32,000 bases of DNA, taken from Acinetobacter wanghuae. GTDB taxonomy: Bacteria > Pseudomonadota > Gammaproteobacteria > Pseudomonadales > Moraxellaceae. Shown one piece after another: positions 28,396-32,000 of the stretch (position 1 is its first letter; every line of letters begins with the position of its first letter). Position numbers and translations under genes: made by a program. The stretch spans positions 1,680,001-1,712,000 of the forward strand of contig NZ_CP045650.1 of NCBI RefSeq assembly GCF_009557235.1. The letters are read 5' to 3'. The notes beneath the pieces are model-generated. The model was not told where the DNA came from. It ran no database searches and saw only the letters and a list, made by a program, of their open reading frames with translations.

Positions 28396-29383
28396 GTAAT
28401 CAACCCGAATCGCGGATAAGAAATTGACTTGAAAAATAGAAGGACTAGAGCCATCAGTTGAGTTACCACACCAAACTCACAACCCTAGTCCTAATGTTCA
28501 ATAGTACCGAATTGTTCTGCTTAATTGATGACTTTTTTCTACAATTTGAAGCAACTTATTGGAAATTCCTCAAGCAAGATGGCCAACTTTCAAGAATCCG
28601 AGTTGCTCAACTCAGTCTTTCAGAAATTATCTTTATTGCTATTTGGTATAAATCCTCTCATTTCACTAATTTCAAAGCCTTTTTCACTTGGTTAAAAGAA
28701 GATAAAAGCTATTTATTTAAGTACTTGCCTTGCTATCAAAGGATGATTCATCTGATCAATATGCACCAATTGGCTCTACACGCTTTGCATGTGGCGCTGA
28801 TGAAAGGTCAAGAAACACAATATTTATGGATTGACTCAACGACTCTGCCAGTTTGTAAAAATCAACGTATTCAACGCCATAAATCATTAGTCCAAATTGC
28901 ATCACGTGGTAGGAGCTCAATGGGCTGGTTCTATGGCTGTAAATTACATATTGCGATGAATCAATTTGGTGAAATTACCTGTTCTGCTTTATCGAATGGA
29001 CATGTTGCTGACATAAAAATGGTTGAGCAATTAGTTGATGGCCTAAAAGGAAAACTTTACGGGGATCGAGGCTACATCAGCCAAGAATTAAAGCGCAGGC
29101 TGCAAGTTGAAGGTATTGATTTAATTACTTATCATCGGAGGAATATGGAATCTTTTCAACTCAGTGCACCAGATGAATATCACCTAAGGCAACGCAATAA
29201 GATAGAAACATTATTCAGCTTATTGAAAGGGCAATATCATTTAGTGACGAGTAAAGCACGTAGTACTTATGGATTTCTCAGCGGAATTTATGCTTCGTTA
29301 TGTGCATATCAATTAACCCATCGAAACAAGCCAACGATTCAAATTATGGAATCATCGGCTTAAGCAGGATTCGGGTTAATCAA
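28396..29383 (+). mobile_element. IS982-family insertion sequence, copy 2, inverted relative to copy 1 and diverged (~85% aa identity)
   Basis: The ends TAATCAACCCGAATCGCGG (left) and TTGATTAACCCGAATCCTG (reverse complement at 29383) align with the copy 1 ends. It has a single transposase ORF. Confidence 0.8.
28458..29363 (+). CDS. IS982-family DDE transposase (TTG start as drawn)
   Basis: 301 aa, collinear with the copy 1 transposase, with the same LIDDFF, YGDRGYIS and RNKIETLFSLLKGQ motifs. Confidence 0.75.
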   Translation: MSYHTKLTTLVLMFNSTELFCLIDDFFLQFEATYWKFLKQDGQLSRIRVAQLSLSEIIFIAIWYKSSHFTNFKAFFTWLKEDKSYLFKYLPCYQRMIHLINMHQLALHALHVALMKGQETQYLWIDSTTLPVCKNQRIQRHKSLVQIASRGRSSMGWFYGCKLHIAMNQFGEITCSALSNGHVADIKMVEQLVDGLKGKLYGDRGYISQELKRRLQVEGIDLITYHRRNMESFQLSAPDEYHLRQRNKIETLFSLLKGQYHLVTSKARSTYGFLSGIYASLCAYQLTHRNKPTIQIMESSA

Positions 29384-29388
29384 TATAA

Positions 29389-32000
29389 TTAACTCACCCA
29401 CTTATCATCATTCATAGCTAAATTTTTAACTAGCTCAAAAACTGTTGAAACTTTTTCCTGAAATTGTGTCACGTCATAACTTACAGGCAGGTCTTTATCC
29501 AATACTTTTTCAATTTCATCTTTCACTAATGCTTGGGTCTGCCCATCTTTCCACCAGTCTTGAACCAAAACTTTTGGTGTTGTATTGATAAGTGATGTGA
29601 TCAAGTCTTTCGCTGCTAACTTGACCTGCTGTTGCTCATCTTTTGTGAGTTTGTCTTTTAAGAGTAGGTCATAGATTTCTAACTCATCTTCAGTTAAACC
29701 TTCTCTGATATGACGTTGGTCTTCTTCCTGCAACCCTTTTGTGAACTTTTGAATTTCTTCAAACAGTTGTTCAGTCGCCGTAGCACCAGAGTTATAACGA
29801 TCAATCATTTGCTGATAGCGCTCGGCAAAATTAATACGTCCACCATTTTGCTTCAGCATTTGAATGATTTTCTTTTCAAGAAAAGCTCGCATATCCGCAA
29901 TAGCAATGTTCTTGTGCTTGGTTTCTTTAAACTGTTCTTTCAGTTTGTCAAAATCAACTGTGCTTAAATCCCATTTTTGACCATGGATCAAACTATAGCT
30001 TTGCTTAAAATCCTTAACCGACTTCGCTGTATCTGCATCTATAATCACACTTCGATCTAAGAGATCCACAACTGCTACACCTGTTGTTTCAAGATCTTGC
30101 TGTTCAATGGTGGCTTCAATAAATCCATGTAAAAATTGAATTACAGATACTATCGGGCGAGGCTTAGCTAAGATATTAGGCTTACATGCCTCATATAAGG
30201 CAGCAACGGTATTAAAGTGAACATTGAATGTTTTTCGATATTCATCTTTTTCTAGTAACCGATCGGCATATTCACCAAATAAAGTATTCTCTTTAAACGT
30301 ACCGCCATTCTTATTACGAGTTTCTAAGATTTTGTTTAGATTAATATCCTTAGACTCACAATATTCTAGGGTCTTCGTAATCGCTTCATCCAGCATATCG
30401 AAAAGTACGGTTTTATCCTGGACGGGCGCATCTATTTCTCCATCTTCACCAGTGCCTTGGCCGTAATCTTTTAAAGCTGTTTTTAGATTCCTAAATACGT
30501 TGTAGTAATCAATAACTTCACCATTTCTTTTCTCTACAAGCTCGCCGTCGGTATTCTGAATACGATATGACGTTACTCGGTTGGCACGAGCAATGGTTTG
30601 CATCAAGGTATGACCTTTCATTGGCTTGTCTAAGTACAGCGTAGATACCGTTGGCGCATCAAAACCTGTCAGCCACATTGCACAGACGAAAACAAGTTGT
30701 AGCGGATGCGCTGGATCTTTAAAGTTATCCTCAATATCAGCCCCATTCGTATCAACTTTACTCAGGCGGTCAATATGTGTCTGAATATCTAGACCTTGTT
30801 TATCAAAGCGTTCTTTTTCTGCACTCGGATCACTAATGACCACCGCCATTTGCACCGTGCTCATATACTTTTGGCGTTGCTTTAAACGATGTTTTTCAAC
30901 ATCATTTTTAGAGTTATGAATACGTGTTTGTAAATGTTTAAGCTCTTCTTTCCAAAGTTTTGAAACTTTTTCATACATTCGTACAGCCGTAAACTGATCT
31001 ACGGCGACCATCATGCCCTTACCCAAATATCCACGGCGTGGGAAATGGTAGACAATATCTTGGGCAATACGATCTAGACGATCATCTCGTTTAATAACTT
31101 CAAGTTCCGTAGAATACTTCCGCTCAAGCTTTTCTTTTTGTGCTTCGTTTAACTCTTCGTCTTCTAAAATTTCAGCAAGCTCTTCATTCAGATCATCATT
31201 TTGAAGTAATACTTCTGGAACTCGTTTTTCATAGAACAGTGGCAGCGTTGCTTTATCTTCAATTGCCTGTTGGAAGGTATATTCCGAAACATACTCACCA
31301 AACCATTGCTTGGTCTTTTTCTGTTTAAGGATCGGTGTACCCGTAAAAGCAAGAAAATGTGCGCCGTCTAAACCTTTACGCATGTTCTCGGCAAGAGATT
31401 CATATTGTGTACGATGCGCTTCATCGACAATGACAATCACTTCACGCTCAGCAGGATTGAATAGCTGTGGATACTCTTGACCTTTCTCGTATCTGAACTT
31501 TTGAATTAGGGTAAATACAATTTTGGTATTTTGACTGAGTAAGGTGCGAAGATGGGTACTGTTTTTCGGTTGTGCTGCTTCTTTTTCTAAAACTGCTTTG
31601 GTCTGTATAAAGTTTTTATAAATCTGTGAATCCAAGTCTTCACGATCCGTAATCACCACAAAGCTAAAATTACCTGTGACTTTACGATAAATCTTTCTGA
31701 CATAAAAAATCATCGAGAAACTTTTACCAGAGCCTTGAGTATGCCAAAACACACCCAGACGACCTTGTAACTCATCACGCTTTAAAAAGTTTTGAAAGGC
31801 ATGATTAACCCCCAAGAACTGATGGTTCTGAGCGATAATTTTATGTTTTTCATTTTGGAATAAAATAAAGTTTTCAATATAGTCTAATAGTCGCTCAGGA
31901 CGGCAAAGACCACGTAGCAAGTATTCAATACTTGTGCCTTGTTCCTCAATTTCTTCTTTGTTGACCTTTTCTTTTTCTTGATCTACACGCAACCAGTTAA
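29389..32000 (-). CDS. hsdR: Type I restriction enzyme R subunit (HsdR). The N-terminal part lies beyond the right window edge.
   Basis: Helicase motifs HTQGSGKS (I), VDEAHR (II, DEAH), FTGTP (III) and QTIARANR (VI), with a long C-terminal helical region typical of HsdR. The ORF is open to the window end. Confidence 0.9.
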   Translation of the reverse strand, partial: NWLRVDQEKEKVNKEEIEEQGTSIEYLLRGLCRPERLLDYIENFILFQNEKHKIIAQNHQFLGVNHAFQNFLKRDELQGRLGVFWHTQGSGKSFSMIFYVRKIYRKVTGNFSFVVITDREDLDSQIYKNFIQTKAVLEKEAAQPKNSTHLRTLLSQNTKIVFTLIQKFRYEKGQEYPQLFNPAEREVIVIVDEAHRTQYESLAENMRKGLDGAHFLAFTGTPILKQKKTKQWFGEYVSEYTFQQAIEDKATLPLFYEKRVPEVLLQNDDLNEELAEILEDEELNEAQKEKLERKYSTELEVIKRDDRLDRIAQDIVYHFPRRGYLGKGMMVAVDQFTAVRMYEKVSKLWKEELKHLQTRIHNSKNDVEKHRLKQRQKYMSTVQMAVVISDPSAEKERFDKQGLDIQTHIDRLSKVDTNGADIEDNFKDPAHPLQLVFVCAMWLTGFDAPTVSTLYLDKPMKGHTLMQTIARANRVTSYRIQNTDGELVEKRNGEVIDYYNVFRNLKTALKDYGQGTGEDGEIDAPVQDKTVLFDMLDEAITKTLEYCESKDINLNKILETRNKNGGTFKENTLFGEYADRLLEKDEYRKTFNVHFNTVAALYEACKPNILAKPRPIVSVIQFLHGFIEATIEQQDLETTGVAVVDLLDRSVIIDADTAKSVKDFKQSYSLIHGQKWDLSTVDFDKLKEQFKETKHKNIAIADMRAFLEKKIIQMLKQNGGRINFAERYQQMIDRYNSGATATEQLFEEIQKFTKGLQEEDQRHIREGLTEDELEIYDLLLKDKLTKDEQQQVKLAAKDLITSLINTTPKVLVQDWWKDGQTQALVKDEIEKVLDKDLPVSYDVTQFQEKVSTVFELVKNLAMNDDKWVS

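Larger units (their letters stand above)
17412..29383. mobile_element. Putative composite-transposon-like unit bounded by two inverted IS982-family copies
   Basis: Both outer ends are the same IS end type. The outside flanks read cATAATT (17405-17411) and tATAATT (29384-29390). Confidence 0.35.

Noticed and set aside
17405-29390. Individual target-site duplications for each IS copy, or an inversion signature between the two copies
   Set aside because: The flanks of copy 1 (cataatt / tgtattt) and of copy 2 (catattc / tataatt) do not match each other, either directly or as reverse complements. Only the two outermost flanks match.
25455-30466. Nested or antisense ORFs in the ankyrin gene, the membrane-protein gene and hsdR (25455-25784, 27226-27495, 28128-28316, 29710-29967, 30224-30466, 31140-31328)
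   Set aside because: These are shadow ORFs inside longer supported genes and have no independent evidence.

Overview
AT-rich gammaproteobacterial, probably Acinetobacter-type, chromosomal defence locus. The taxon is inferred from the I-F repeat, the ISAba-like IS982 copies and the base composition. (1) 1-8877: a very long type I-F CRISPR array with 148 repeats of 28 nt and 147 complete spacers. It runs off the left edge and is transcribed on the minus strand from a 131-bp leader next to cas6f. (2) 9009-17175: a complete minus-strand I-F operon, cas1, cas2-3, csy1, csy2, csy3, cas6f. (3) 17412-29383: a ~12-kb accessory block bounded by two inverted, diverged IS982-family copies. The same ATAATT hexamer lies just outside both copies, so the block looks like a composite transposon. 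Inside is an integrative-element remnant arranged like an attP-form circle. On one side of a 45-nt 3' fragment of a tRNA(CAU) and its terminator lie an SF3 helicase/primase-like gene with an iteron cluster, an AlpA-like HTH gene and a 232-aa orphan. On the other side lie a P4-type tyrosine integrase and uncharacterised cargo. The cargo is a 35-aa Gly/Pro micro-ORF in a GC-rich patch, a 75-aa HicA-like ORF overlapping a 755-aa ankyrin-repeat protein, and a convergent very AT-rich multi-TM protein that appears split at a T10 tract. (4) 29389-32000: the 3' part of a type I restriction hsdR gene. No rRNA or complete tRNA is present. The best candidate for an undescribed system is the integrase-proximal cargo at about 23.9-28.3 kb, which sits between CRISPR-Cas and type I R-M. 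No function can be proven from sequence alone.
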